A stretch of 64,000 nt of DNA from positions 409-64,408 of the forward strand of contig JBQCCO010000203.1 of NCBI GenBank assembly GCA_051962155.1. The letters are read 5' to 3'. The translations under genes were made by a program, and so were the position numbers. Each line of letters begins with the position of its first letter. Position 1 is the stretch's first letter. The notes beneath the pieces are model-generated. The model did not search any database, had not been told where the DNA came from, and saw only the letters and a program-made list of their open reading frames with translations. The stretch is from Leifsonia sp. Its GTDB lineage: Bacteria > Actinomycetota > Actinomycetes > Actinomycetales > Microbacteriaceae. Shown one piece after another: positions 26,975 to 36,387 of this stretch.

Positions 26975-27418
26975 CTACTGGGTGGCGGTCACGTTGTAGG
27001 TGACGGAGACGCCGGGCGTCTTCAGGCCTACGGTGTAGGTGCCGTTGGTGTAGACGGCGGCCTTGTCGGTCGCGCCGGGCTGGACCTTGTAGCCCTTGCC
27101 TTCGAGGGCGGACTTCGCGTCGGCGAAGCCGGTCTTGCCGGACGGCTGGACCGTCACCGACCAGCCGTTCACCTTGTCGCCCCGCGCCACGACGATGGTG
27201 CCGTCGATGATCGGGACGTCGTTCTTGGGGAAGTCGGAGGGCAGAGCCTCCGGCGTGGCGGCCTCGGAGGACCCGCCCGAGGACGACGACGAGGACGACG
27301 AGGACGCGGTCTGCGGTGTGACGTAATTGGAGTTGCCATTGCTGGAGCAGGCCGCCAGCGAGCCGATGGTGAGGGCTGCCACGATGGCAGCCGGGACGAA
27401 CGGATTACGTGAGCGCAT
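26975..27418 (-). CDS. Lipoprotein, function unknown
   Basis: Lipobox LTIGSLAAC|SS, a poly-Ser linker, then a beta-rich domain. Confidence 0.7.
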   Translation of the reverse strand: MRSRNPFVPAAIVAALTIGSLAACSSNGNSNYVTPQTASSSSSSSSSGGSSEAATPEALPSDFPKNDVPIIDGTIVVARGDKVNGWSVTVQPSGKTGFADAKSALEGKGYKVQPGATDKAAVYTNGTYTVGLKTPGVSVTYNVTATQ

Positions 27419-27547
27419 ATGGATTCCTAGTGCTGTATGAGGTGCGGTTTCGCAACACAGCAGCCTACCTGCGCAGTCGAGGCTCGCCTAGTCCTCTCCG
27501 CCGAGGGCAGACGGGCGCCGGCCCCGCTGGCCCGCTGCCCCGCGCGT

Positions 27548-28225
27548 TCAGCCGAGCAGCAGCGAGCTCAGCTGGTCGGCCGAGTGGACGACGGCGATCG
27601 CGCCGGCCGCCTCTGCGGGCGAGCCGTAGCCCCACTCCACGAGGATGGTCGGCAGGCCGTGCGCACTCGCGCCTTCGACGTCGTACGCGCGGTCTCCCAC
27701 CATGACGGTGTGCCCGAGGTCGATGCCGAGCTCCTCCAGACGGCGCAGGGCCTCGGCCACCACATCCGCCTTGGCGCTGCGGCTCTCGTCCTCTGTCGCG
27801 CCGCTGATGACGTCGAAGTACTGGGCGAGGTCGAAGTGCTCGAGGATCTGCGTCGCCTGGATCTCCGGCTTGCTGGTGGCCAGGGCGAGCGGGATGCCGG
27901 CCGCGTGGAGGCGCTGCAGCAGTCCCCGGATGCCAGGGAAGACGGCGGAGTCGAGCGCGCCGTGCTGTGCATAGTCGGCGCGGTAGACGGCGAGGGCTTC
28001 GCGAGCCGCCGGCTCCGTCATCCCGCCGAAGTCCCGCAGGGAGTCCAGCAGCGGCGGCCCGACGTACTGGATGAGCTGGGCCGGGGAGGGGACCGGTCGC
28101 CCGAGCGCTGCGAACATGCGCGCGAGCGAGGAGGTGATGCCGGGAGCGGAGTCGGTGAGGGTGCCGTCGAGGTCGAACAGGACGCAGGTCCAGGTGCGAG
28201 TGACGGTGATGATCGGGTTGGTCAT
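27548..28225 (-). CDS. HAD-superfamily hydrolase (phosphoglycolate phosphatase-like)
   Basis: FDLDGTLTDS (motif I), ATSK (motif II) and MVGDRAYDVEGA (motif IV). Confidence 0.85.
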   Translation of the reverse strand: MTNPIITVTRTWTCVLFDLDGTLTDSAPGITSSLARMFAALGRPVPSPAQLIQYVGPPLLDSLRDFGGMTEPAAREALAVYRADYAQHGALDSAVFPGIRGLLQRLHAAGIPLALATSKPEIQATQILEHFDLAQYFDVISGATEDESRSAKADVVAEALRRLEELGIDLGHTVMVGDRAYDVEGASAHGLPTILVEWGYGSPAEAAGAIAVVHSADQLSSLLLG

Positions 28226-28262
28226 GGCTGTCCTATGGTATGTGACGTATCTGAGTCGTCGC

Positions 28263-28688
28263 TCAGCGGCCGCCGAGAGCGGATTCGATGTGCGAGCGTG
28301 CGACCACCATCGTGTGCTCGGCGCCCGGGTCGAACTGGACGGCGACGAAGTCGGCGGTACGGATGAAGCCGAGCGCCTCGAGGGCCGGCACGATGACGGC
28401 CTGCACCGGCGTCCCCTCGCCGCCGGCGGTCTGCGCGACAGCCGCGCGCAGCGCATCCATCGACGTGAAGAGCGGCAGCACCGCCTCGCCGGTGGTGGAG
28501 CTGATCGTGCGCAGGCGCGTGTCGTCCGGGGTCGAGCCGGTCACATCCACGACCAGTCCTCCCTGCGTCGCGGCGGCGAGCAGCGCATCCAGATTCTCGA
28601 GGGTGGGTTCCGCCGTGATCACGGCGAGCGCCTTCCGCACCGGCGCGTTCTCGTAGCTCTGCGGGAAGCGTCCCCTCGGGCCCGCCAT
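28263..28688 (-). CDS. SseB-family protein
   Basis: LVVDVTG...LPLFTSMDALRAA pattern typical of the SseB N-terminal domain. The ATG overlaps the nucS stop by 1 nt (TGATG). Confidence 0.55.
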   Translation of the reverse strand: MAGPRGRFPQSYENAPVRKALAVITAEPTLENLDALLAAATQGGLVVDVTGSTPDDTRLRTISSTTGEAVLPLFTSMDALRAAVAQTAGGEGTPVQAVIVPALEALGFIRTADFVAVQFDPGAEHTMVVARSHIESALGGR

Positions 28689-29383
28689 CAGAACAGCCTG
28701 CTCTCGCTGTCGTCCAGCCCGCGCATCGCGTCGTAGTCGAGCACCAGGCAGCGGATGCCGCGGTCCTCGGCGAGCGTGCGGGCCTGCGGCTTGATCTCCT
28801 GAGCCGCGAAGATGCCGCTCACGGGCGCGAGGTGCGGGTCGCGGTTCATCAGCTCGAGGTAGCGCGTCAGCTGCTCGACGCCGTCGATGTCGCCGCGGCG
28901 CTTGAGCTCGACGGCCACGGCGGCGCCCTCTGCATCCCGGGCCAGGATGTCGACCGGACCGATTGCGGTCATGTACTCGCGGCGGACGAGCACGTGCCCG
29001 TCGCCGAGGAGGTGGATCTGCTCGGCCAGCAGCTTCTGCAGGTGCGCCTCCACGCCGTCCTTCTGCAGCCCGGGGTCGATCCCGAGCTCGTGAGCGGTGT
29101 CGCTGAGGACCTCGTGGATGGACACCACCAGCATGTCGGCCGTCTTGGCCTGGGTGACGCGCCAGACCTCGCTGATGCCGGCGGCGCGCTGCAGGTCGTC
29201 GGGCTCGTCCACCGTCAGGGTGCAGGGCGGGCTCATCCAGTTCAGCGGCTTGTAGGAGCCGCCGTCCGAGTGGACCAGGAGGCTGCCGTCCGCCTTCAGC
29301 ATCAGCAGGCGAGTGGCCAGGGGGAGGTGCGCGCTGAGCCGGCCGGCGTAGTCCACGGAGCAGTTGGCAATGACAAGGCGCAC
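28688..29383 (-). CDS. nucS: Endonuclease NucS (EndoMS, mismatch-specific)
   Basis: [22 protein letters not shown]-terminus. PD-(D/E)xK-type [10 protein letters not shown]...AVELKRR. Confidence 0.9.
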   Translation of the reverse strand: MRLVIANCSVDYAGRLSAHLPLATRLLMLKADGSLLVHSDGGSYKPLNWMSPPCTLTVDEPDDLQRAAGISEVWRVTQAKTADMLVVSIHEVLSDTAHELGIDPGLQKDGVEAHLQKLLAEQIHLLGDGHVLVRREYMTAIGPVDILARDAEGAAVAVELKRRGDIDGVEQLTRYLELMNRDPHLAPVSGIFAAQEIKPQARTLAEDRGIRCLVLDYDAMRGLDDSESRLF

Positions 29384-29427
29384 CGGAACATCCTACGGCG
29401 AGGCGGGTGGGTGGTAAGGATGGACGC

Positions 29428-30501
29428 ATGACCCGTCACCTCCTCATCGGCACGTACACCGAGCGCCTCGCCTTCGTCGACGGCCATGCCGACGGGCTGC
29501 TCTCGGCCCGGTTCGACGGAACGGCGGTGACGGAGGTCGCGCTCGCCGCCGGCGCCGGGGGCGCCGCGGGCCCCGCGGGCCCCGCCAACCCGTCCTGGGT
29601 GGCGGTCGCACCGGATGGGGCGGCCGCGTACGCGGTCAGCGAGACGGAGCCCGACGGCGCGGTGGTGGCGTTCGCGCGGGCGGAGGACGGGACGCTGACT
29701 GAACTCGGATCGGTGTCGAGCGGTGGTGCATCGCCCGCCCACCTGATGGTGCATCCCTTCCGGCCGCTGCTGATCACGGGCACCTACGGAAGCGGGACCG
29801 TCTCGGTGTTCGCCCTGAACCTGGACGGGTCGTTCGGGGAGCGGACGGCCTTCGTGCAGCACGAGGGCCGTGGCCCGGAGCCGTCGCGTCAGGACGCGCC
29901 GCACGTCCACCAGCTGAATGTGGACCCGGTGAGCGGAGACGTCGTGGTCGTCGACCTCGGGCTCGGCGAGGTGCGCTGGTACGCCCTCTCGGACGACGGG
30001 CGGCTGAGCCTGCGGCCGGGGGCGACCGTGGTGCTCGGGTCCGCCGGGCCGCGCCACCTAGCCTTCCTCCCGGAGGTCCGGCACGTGGTCGTCGTCAACG
30101 AGCTGGACTCCAGCATCGACGTGCTCCGGAGGGACGGCGACCGGTTCGTGCGGGCGCAGAGCACCACGACGCGCGCGGACGGCGCGCGCGGGGACAATGC
30201 CCCGGCGGCGGTCTGCGTCAGCGCGTCCGGTACCACCGTGCTGGCCAGCAACCGCGGGGACGACACGATCGCCGTGTTCGCGTTCGACCCGGAGGCGTCG
30301 CGGCTCACGCTCGTCGCCTCCATCCCGGTGGGCGGACGGACTCCGCGCGACCTCGTGATCGCGCCCCACGGCGACCGGGTGCTCGCCGCCTGCCAGGACA
30401 GCGACGCGGTGACCGTGTTCGCCTTCGACGAGGCGTCCCGCACGCTCACCCCGCTCGGCGCATCCGCCGTGCCCACCCCCGTCTGCCTGGCCTTCGCCTG
30501 A
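29428..30501 (+). CDS. Beta-propeller lactonase family protein (6-phosphogluconolactonase-like)
   Basis: MTRHLLIGTYT N-terminus, repeated blade motifs, and P(A/R)HL(M/A) segments typical of the Lactonase family. Confidence 0.8.
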   Translation: MTRHLLIGTYTERLAFVDGHADGLLSARFDGTAVTEVALAAGAGGAAGPAGPANPSWVAVAPDGAAAYAVSETEPDGAVVAFARAEDGTLTELGSVSSGGASPAHLMVHPFRPLLITGTYGSGTVSVFALNLDGSFGERTAFVQHEGRGPEPSRQDAPHVHQLNVDPVSGDVVVVDLGLGEVRWYALSDDGRLSLRPGATVVLGSAGPRHLAFLPEVRHVVVVNELDSSIDVLRRDGDRFVRAQSTTTRADGARGDNAPAAVCVSASGTTVLASNRGDDTIAVFAFDPEASRLTLVASIPVGGRTPRDLVIAPHGDRVLAACQDSDAVTVFAFDEASRTLTPLGASAVPTPVCLAFA

Positions 30502-30600
30502 CCCGCACCCCGCCCCCCACCGTCGAGTCCGCACAGATTGCACGCTCGCCCGGCGTGTCGCGTGCAGTCTTTGCGTACTCGACGGTGGGGCGTGGGGCGT
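30502..30600. repeat. Palindromic intergenic repeat element, copy B
   Basis: CCCCACCGTCGAGTCCGCACAGATTGCACG ... CGTGCAGTCTTTGCGTACTCGACGGTGGGG (30-bp stem with 3 mismatches), flanked by complementary G/C-rich extensions. Confidence 0.7.
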
Positions 30601-31865
30601 CAGGCGGGTTCGGAGGCGTTCTCGCGCGGGGCGGCGGCGGGAGCGGGGGCCGGGCGCACGGCGGAGGAGGCGAGGAGGGATGCGATGAGCAGCGCGAGGA
30701 CCAGGAAGAGCGCGTTCAGCAGCCCGAAGTGCTGACCCAGGAAGCCGATGGCGGGCGGACCGACGAGGAAAGCGCAGTAGCCGATGATCGCCACGGCGGA
30801 GACGCGCGCGGCCGGGTTCGCAGCGCCGTCGGCTGCGGCGGACATCCCGAGCGGGAAGCCGAGCGAGACGCCGAGCCCCCACAGCACGGTGCCGATCACG
30901 ACCAGCCAGAGCGGTCCGCCGAGGATGAACAGCACCAGCCCGACCGCGCCCATCCCTGCCGTGATGCGGATGGCGGCCACGCGGCCGATGCGGTCGACGA
31001 CGGGCCCGCCGGCCACTCGCCCGATGGTCATCGCGGCGACGAAGAAGCCGAAGACGACGGCTCCCATCGAGTTCGACTGGCCGTGCCCGTCCACGACAGC
31101 GAGCGAGATCCAGTCGTTCGCCGATCCCTCGCCGAACGCCATCCCGAGTATCACGACGCCGATCAGGATGAGGCGCCAGTCCGCCCACACGGCCAGCGCC
31201 ACCCGCATGCGCTCGCCGAACGGGATGCGCGGGGCCTCTCCGACCTCGTCGCCGAGGTCGGCCTCCCGCGGGATGAAGCGGATGGCGACGAGGACGGCGA
31301 CGACGATCATGATCGCGATGACGAGCAGGTGCCACACGACCGCGACGGCGAGCCAGGCGGCGAGCGCCCCGATGCCGGCGCCCACCACCGTGCCGAGGCT
31401 GAAGCACGCGTGCATCAGGGGCAGCAGCGTCTTCCCGACCTCGCGTTCGACGGCGGTGGCCTCGACGTTCATCATGACGTCGACCATCCCGTTGCCGAAT
31501 CCGAGCAGGATGAGGCCGACCGCCACGAGCGGCACGCTGTGCAAGAGGGACGAGCCGAGCCCGAGGAGGAGGATGCCCGTGGCGACGATCGCCAGCGCGC
31601 CGACCATCCCGCGGTGCGGCCCGAAGCGGACGAGCGCGACCGACGACAGCGACAGACCGACGATGGAGCCGATCGACAGCCCGAGGATGAGCAACCCGAT
31701 CGCCGCGGGGTCCTTTCCGAGGCCGAGGTCGTCGCGGATGCCCGGGATGCGGGCGACCCAGGATGCGATCGACAGGCCCGAGAGGATGAAGACGACGAAC
31801 ACGGCGTTCCGCCAGGCGCTGAGCTCGCGACGGGAGCGGCGAGGGGTCGAGATCGGCTGCGACAT
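30600..31865 (-). CDS. MFS transporter
   Basis: 12-TM pattern. RNAVFVVFILSGLSIASWVARIPGIRDDLGL N-terminus. Confidence 0.85.
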   Translation of the reverse strand: MSQPISTPRRSRRELSAWRNAVFVVFILSGLSIASWVARIPGIRDDLGLGKDPAAIGLLILGLSIGSIVGLSLSSVALVRFGPHRGMVGALAIVATGILLLGLGSSLLHSVPLVAVGLILLGFGNGMVDVMMNVEATAVEREVGKTLLPLMHACFSLGTVVGAGIGALAAWLAVAVVWHLLVIAIMIVVAVLVAIRFIPREADLGDEVGEAPRIPFGERMRVALAVWADWRLILIGVVILGMAFGEGSANDWISLAVVDGHGQSNSMGAVVFGFFVAAMTIGRVAGGPVVDRIGRVAAIRITAGMGAVGLVLFILGGPLWLVVIGTVLWGLGVSLGFPLGMSAAADGAANPAARVSAVAIIGYCAFLVGPPAIGFLGQHFGLLNALFLVLALLIASLLASSAVRPAPAPAAAPRENASEPA

Positions 31866-31893
31866 CGGGGTTATTCCTGTGGGTATGGTCGGC

Positions 31894-31922
31894 TCGAATC
31901 GTTTCGACTCGAAACGATTCGA
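31894..31922. promoter_or_regulatory. Perfect 14-1-14 palindrome, candidate LacI-family operator in the divergent MFS/LacI promoter
   Basis: TCGAATCGTTTCGA-C-TCGAAACGATTCGA. Each 14-mer is itself a near-palindrome with a central CG, like LacI/GalR operators. Confidence 0.55.
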
Positions 31923-31936
31923 CTAAGCTATCACAC

Positions 31937-33007
31937 GTGAAAGAACCCAGTACAGCCGTCGCGAGCACGCGGCCCACCCTGGCCGCTGTCGCCCGGCTGG
32001 CCGGAGTCTCGAACTCTACCGCGTCCCTCGCCTTCTCGGGCACGGGCCCCGTCTCCGAGGCCACCCGCGAACGGGTCCTCGCCGCAGCGCAGCGGCTCAA
32101 CTACGCCGGGCCCGACCCGCGCGCCCGCTCCTTGCGCCGCGGCCGCTCCGGCATCGTCGGCGTCGTCATGGAAGAACGGGTGCGGGATGCCTTCCGCGAC
32201 CCGATCAAGATCGCACTGCTCGACGGCATCAGCGAAGAGATCGGGGCGATCGATTCGGGCCTCCTCATCCTCACCGATGCAGGAGAGGCCGCCCAGCGCA
32301 TCGAGGATGCCCCGATGGATGCGGTGGTCCTGATCGGCTGCAGCCCCCGGATGGACGAGTCCGTCGGCATGCTGCGCCGCCGCGGCATCCCGGTCGTCGC
32401 CATCGAGGGGGACCCGGCGTTCGGGGTTCCGACGATCGGCCAGGACAACCGCGAGGCGACCCGCGTCGCGGCACAGCACCTGCGCGATCTCGGGCACCGC
32501 GACGTCGCCGTCGTGACGCTGTCGCTCACCCGGGACCGCGCGCGCGGGCCGCTCACCGCCGAGCGGCTGGCCGCCGGAAGCTCCACCACCGCGGTCGAGC
32601 GTCTGGCGGGGGCGCGCGACGTCTTCCCGGACGCCGGCGGCTGGATCACGCGCGGATCCTTCGTCGAGGAGGGCCGTGCGGCAGGCCGGGCACTGCTCGC
32701 CGATGCCCGCACCCGGCCGACCGCCATCATCGCCCAGAGCGACCTGCTCGCCGCCGGCGTCATCCGGGCCGCGGAGGAACTGGGCCTGGAGGTCCCCGGG
32801 GATGTCAGCATCGTCGGCTTCGACGGCGTCCGCGTCGATGGGCTCTGGCCCTACGACCTGACAACGCTCGTCCAGCCCGCCGTCGACAAGGGCCGGGCGG
32901 CGGGACGCGCGGTGGTGGAGATGCTCGAGGGCGGCGTGCCGCATCCCTCCACCTTCACCAGCGTCTTCCACCAGGGCAACACCACGGCGGCGCCCCGGGT
33001 GCCGTAG
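31937..33007 (+). CDS. LacI-family transcriptional regulator
   Basis: HTH TLAAVARLAGVSNSTASLAFSG followed by a periplasmic-binding-fold core. GTG start. Confidence 0.9.
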   Translation: MKEPSTAVASTRPTLAAVARLAGVSNSTASLAFSGTGPVSEATRERVLAAAQRLNYAGPDPRARSLRRGRSGIVGVVMEERVRDAFRDPIKIALLDGISEEIGAIDSGLLILTDAGEAAQRIEDAPMDAVVLIGCSPRMDESVGMLRRRGIPVVAIEGDPAFGVPTIGQDNREATRVAAQHLRDLGHRDVAVVTLSLTRDRARGPLTAERLAAGSSTTAVERLAGARDVFPDAGGWITRGSFVEEGRAAGRALLADARTRPTAIIAQSDLLAAGVIRAAEELGLEVPGDVSIVGFDGVRVDGLWPYDLTTLVQPAVDKGRAAGRAVVEMLEGGVPHPSTFTSVFHQGNTTAAPRVP

Positions 33008-33039
33008 TCGGGCAGCGCGGCGCTGCGTAGGGTGACGGT

Positions 33040-34248
33040 ATGGATCTCGAAGCCCTCTACCGCGACTTGCACTCCCATCCCGAGCTCGCCTTCACCGAGC
33101 ACCGCACCGCCGGCATCGTCGCCGGCCACCTGACGGATCTCGGTCTCGACGTGCACACCGGCATCGCGACGACCGGTGTCGTCGGCGTCCTGCGCAACGG
33201 CGAGGGGCCGACGGTGCTGCTCCGGGCCGACATGGATGCGCTCCCCGTCCGCGAGCAGACCGGCCTTCCGTGGGCCTCGACAGCGACGGTCGTCGACGAG
33301 CACGGGGATGCGGTCCCGCTGATGCATGCGTGCGGGCACGACATCCACGTCACCTGCCTCCTGGGTGCCGTCGAGGCGCTGGCCGCCGCGCGCGCGGAGT
33401 GGTCGGGGACGCTGGTCGCCCTCTTCCAGCCTGCCGAGGAGCAGGGCGGAGGCGCACAGGTGATGGTCGAGGACGGGCTGTACGAGAGGATCCCCGTGCC
33501 GGACATCGTGCTGGGCCAGCACGTCGTCCCGCACCCGGCAGGGATGGTGGGCGCGCATCCGGGGGCCGCCCTCGCCGCGGTGGACACGATGGAGGTGACC
33601 CTCCACGGCCGCGGCGGTCACGGCTCGCAGCCGGAGACGACCATCGACCCTGTCGTCATGGCGGCGGCCACCGTCATGCGCCTGCAGACGGTCGTCTCGC
33701 GGGAGATCTCGCCGAAGGACATGGCGGTGGTCACCGTCGGCAGCCTCCACGCGGGCACGAAGAACAACATCATCGCGGCGGAGGCGACGCTGGGAATCAG
33801 CGTGCGGAGCTTCGACGAGGAGGTGCGCCAGCGGGTCCTGGCCGGTGTGGATCGGATCATCGCGGCCGAGTCGCAGGCGTCCGGCGCGCCGACGGCTCCG
33901 GAGATGGAATGGGGCGAGCGCTATCCGGTCACGATGAACGATCCGGAGGCCACCGCACGGGTGAACGCCGCCTTCGCGGCTGCGTTCGGCGAGGAGCACG
34001 TGCTCAGCCCCGGTGCACTGTCCGGCAGCGAGGACGTCGGAAACCTGGCGACGGCCGCCGGTGCACCGCTGGTGTACTGGCTGCTCGGCGGGAGCGACCC
34101 GGAGGCGGTGCGCGCGGCGGTCGCCGCCGGGACGGTCGATCGCGACATCCCGACGAACCACTCGCCGTTCTTCGCCCCGCTGCCGCAGCCGACGATCGAC
34201 ACCGGCGTGCGGGCGCTCGTGGTGGCCGCGCGGGAGTGGCTGCGGTAG
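33040..34248 (+). CDS. M20-family amidohydrolase (N-acyl-amino acid / hippurate hydrolase-like)
   Basis: LHSHPELAFTEHRT, ADMDALP, MHACGHDIH and FQPAEE motifs. Confidence 0.85.
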   Translation: MDLEALYRDLHSHPELAFTEHRTAGIVAGHLTDLGLDVHTGIATTGVVGVLRNGEGPTVLLRADMDALPVREQTGLPWASTATVVDEHGDAVPLMHACGHDIHVTCLLGAVEALAAARAEWSGTLVALFQPAEEQGGGAQVMVEDGLYERIPVPDIVLGQHVVPHPAGMVGAHPGAALAAVDTMEVTLHGRGGHGSQPETTIDPVVMAAATVMRLQTVVSREISPKDMAVVTVGSLHAGTKNNIIAAEATLGISVRSFDEEVRQRVLAGVDRIIAAESQASGAPTAPEMEWGERYPVTMNDPEATARVNAAFAAAFGEEHVLSPGALSGSEDVGNLATAAGAPLVYWLLGGSDPEAVRAAVAAGTVDRDIPTNHSPFFAPLPQPTIDTGVRALVVAAREWLR

Positions 34249-34271
34249 TCGTCGGCCGGCCTGTCGGCTGA

Positions 34272-34328
34272 ACATTCGTGACGAATGTGGCTCTGGCGCG
34301 CGTTGGAGCGGACATTCGTGACGAAGGT
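34272..34328. repeat. Twin 17-bp palindromes spaced 40 bp apart in a convergent intergenic region
   Basis: ACATTCGTgACGAATGT at 34272-34288 is perfect. ACATTCGTgACGAAGGT at 34312-34328 has one mismatch. Confidence 0.6.
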
Positions 34329-34354
34329 TGCGCGCCCTGGGTCGCGCCGGGCGG

Positions 34355-35689
34355 TCAGACGGTGGCGCCGGCGCGCATCCAGGCCCGTCCGTGCGCCCGG
34401 AGGCCGAGGGTCGCCGCCCGGGCGCCGAGGTAGCCGAAGGCGAAGGCCGCCGTGAGTGCGGAGAGGCCGGCGAGGTCGCGCCCGCCCCACATCGCCGCTG
34501 CCACCGCCAGCGGGATGAAGACGGCCACGTTGACGAGGCCGGTGAGCGCGAGGTAGCGCGCGTCCCCGGCGCCGATGAGAACGCCGTCCAGCACGAAGAC
34601 GTAGCCGCTGAGCGGGGCTCCGAGTCCGACGATCGCGACGATCGGTGGGAGCAACGCGGCGACGGAGGCGTCGCTCGTGAAGAGCGCGCCGACGAACGGG
34701 CTGACGGCGACGGTCAGGACGCCGAGCACTGCTCCCGCGCCGACACCCCATCGGAGGCAGCGGCTCAGCACGGCGCGCACGCTTGCCAGATCGCCGGAGC
34801 CCAGTCCTTTGCCGATGAGCGCCTGCGCGGCGATCGCCAGCGCATCCAGGGCGAATGCGAGCGTTGCGAAGATCGTCAGCGCGACCTGGAACGCTGCAAG
34901 CTCGCTCGGCCCGAGCCGCGTCGCGGCGAAGACCGCCAGGAGCATGGCCGCGCGGAGGCTCGCCGTGCGCAGCAGCAGCCAGCCGCCCGCGCGGGCCGTG
35001 CGCCCGATCCCCGTCCGGTGGGGGAGCAGGGGAGCACCGACCCGGCGGGCATGCCGCGCCACGATGACCGCGTAGACGAGCACCATCGCCCACTGGGCCG
35101 TCACCGTTCCGAGTGCCGAGCCCGCGATCCCGAGGCCCGCCACGTAGATGAACAGGAAGTTCAGCAGGATGTTGGCACCGAAACCGGCGACGGCCACGAC
35201 CAGGGGAGTCCGGGTGTCCTGCAGGCCGCGCAGCAGCCCGGTCGCGGCGTAGACGATGAGCATTGCCGGGAGACCGAGCATGGAGAGCGAGAGGTAGCGC
35301 GCGGCCTGTTCGGTCACCCCGGGGGAGGCGCCGAACAGCGCGGCAAGGAAGGGCGACGTCGCCCATCCCGCAGCCGCCAGGACGATGCCGAGCACCAGCG
35401 CGAGCCAGCAGCCGTCGACGCCCGCCGCGACGCCGCCGCGTTCGTCCCCCGCTCCTAGGCGACGGGCGACCGCCGGTGTGGTGCTGTACGCCAGGAACAC
35501 CATGAGGCCGACCACCGTCTGCAGCACCGCGCTCGCGATGCCGAGGCCGGCCAGCGGATCCACCCCGAGGTGACCGACCATCGCCGAGTCGGCGAGCAGG
35601 AAGATCGGCTCGGCCACCAGTGCACCCAGGGCCGGGATCGCCAGCCGCAGGATCTCGCGGTCGACCGGGCGATGGGGCGTGAGGTTCAC
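34355..35689 (-). CDS. MATE-family efflux transporter (DinF-like)
   Basis: REILRLAIPALGALVAEPIFLLADSAMVGHLG N-terminus and a 12-TM pattern. Confidence 0.85.
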   Translation of the reverse strand: MNLTPHRPVDREILRLAIPALGALVAEPIFLLADSAMVGHLGVDPLAGLGIASAVLQTVVGLMVFLAYSTTPAVARRLGAGDERGGVAAGVDGCWLALVLGIVLAAAGWATSPFLAALFGASPGVTEQAARYLSLSMLGLPAMLIVYAATGLLRGLQDTRTPLVVAVAGFGANILLNFLFIYVAGLGIAGSALGTVTAQWAMVLVYAVIVARHARRVGAPLLPHRTGIGRTARAGGWLLLRTASLRAAMLLAVFAATRLGPSELAAFQVALTIFATLAFALDALAIAAQALIGKGLGSGDLASVRAVLSRCLRWGVGAGAVLGVLTVAVSPFVGALFTSDASVAALLPPIVAIVGLGAPLSGYVFVLDGVLIGAGDARYLALTGLVNVAVFIPLAVAAAMWGGRDLAGLSALTAAFAFGYLGARAATLGLRAHGRAWMRAGATV

Positions 35690-35763
35690 GACGACTTACG
35701 CTAGCGCCACCGCGACGCTGTGTCGCACGGAGGGATGTCGGTGGCCGTCCCTACAGTGGACCC

Positions 35764-36387
35764 ATGAGCCACCTGATGCCCGAGCCGCTCGCCACCTGGA
35801 CGTGGCGGCTCGAGCGGGTGCGCAGCGGGCGCACGGTGCTGACACGGGCGCAGGCGGCGACCGCGCGGGCCGATCTGGTGAGCGACCGCTCCGCGCACCC
35901 CGGCGAGTACGAGGGGTACGACGACGAGTACGCGGCGGCGCTCGACGAGCTAGAGGTGCTGTCGCGGCAGGCGAATCGCAGCGACGACCTCCTCTCGGTG
36001 CTCGCCGCCGACCGCCGCCGGGCGGAGCGGGAGGGGGTCGCCGGCGATCCGCCCGTGGCGACGCACGGGGTGGGGCGGGCGCGCGCCTCGCTCGCCGGCG
36101 AACACGACCGGGTGCCGAAAGGCCTGCCCGATGCGCTCGACCAGTGGGTGCACCGGCTGATCCGCTACCGCGCCGGCGTCAAGGTCATCTCGCCCCTCGA
36201 GGCGGCGCGCGCCGAGATCCGGCTGCGCAACGAGGCCGACCTGAATCCGGCCGCTTATCGCACGGGCATTGCGGCTGGATACTACGGGCGGGTGATCCGG
36301 GAGCTCGGCGAGATCGCAACGGCCGAACGACCCGGCCGACGCGACGGGGGGAGCCGGGTGCGCGGGCTCGGCGACGTGCTGGTCTGA
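35764..36387 (+). CDS. Hypothetical protein
   Basis: 207-aa ORF with high GC3. I recognise no family motif. Confidence 0.5.
   Translation: MSHLMPEPLATWTWRLERVRSGRTVLTRAQAATARADLVSDRSAHPGEYEGYDDEYAAALDELEVLSRQANRSDDLLSVLAADRRRAEREGVAGDPPVATHGVGRARASLAGEHDRVPKGLPDALDQWVHRLIRYRAGVKVISPLEAARAEIRLRNEADLNPAAYRTGIAAGYYGRVIRELGEIATAERPGRRDGGSRVRGLGDVLV

Noticed and set aside
30058-32100. 680-aa minus-strand ORF, plus the plus-strand ORFs at 30555-31940 and 30784-31926.
   Set aside because: They are alternative frames or the antisense strand of the MFS transporter gene (30600-31865). That gene alone shows a 12-TM hydrophobic pattern.
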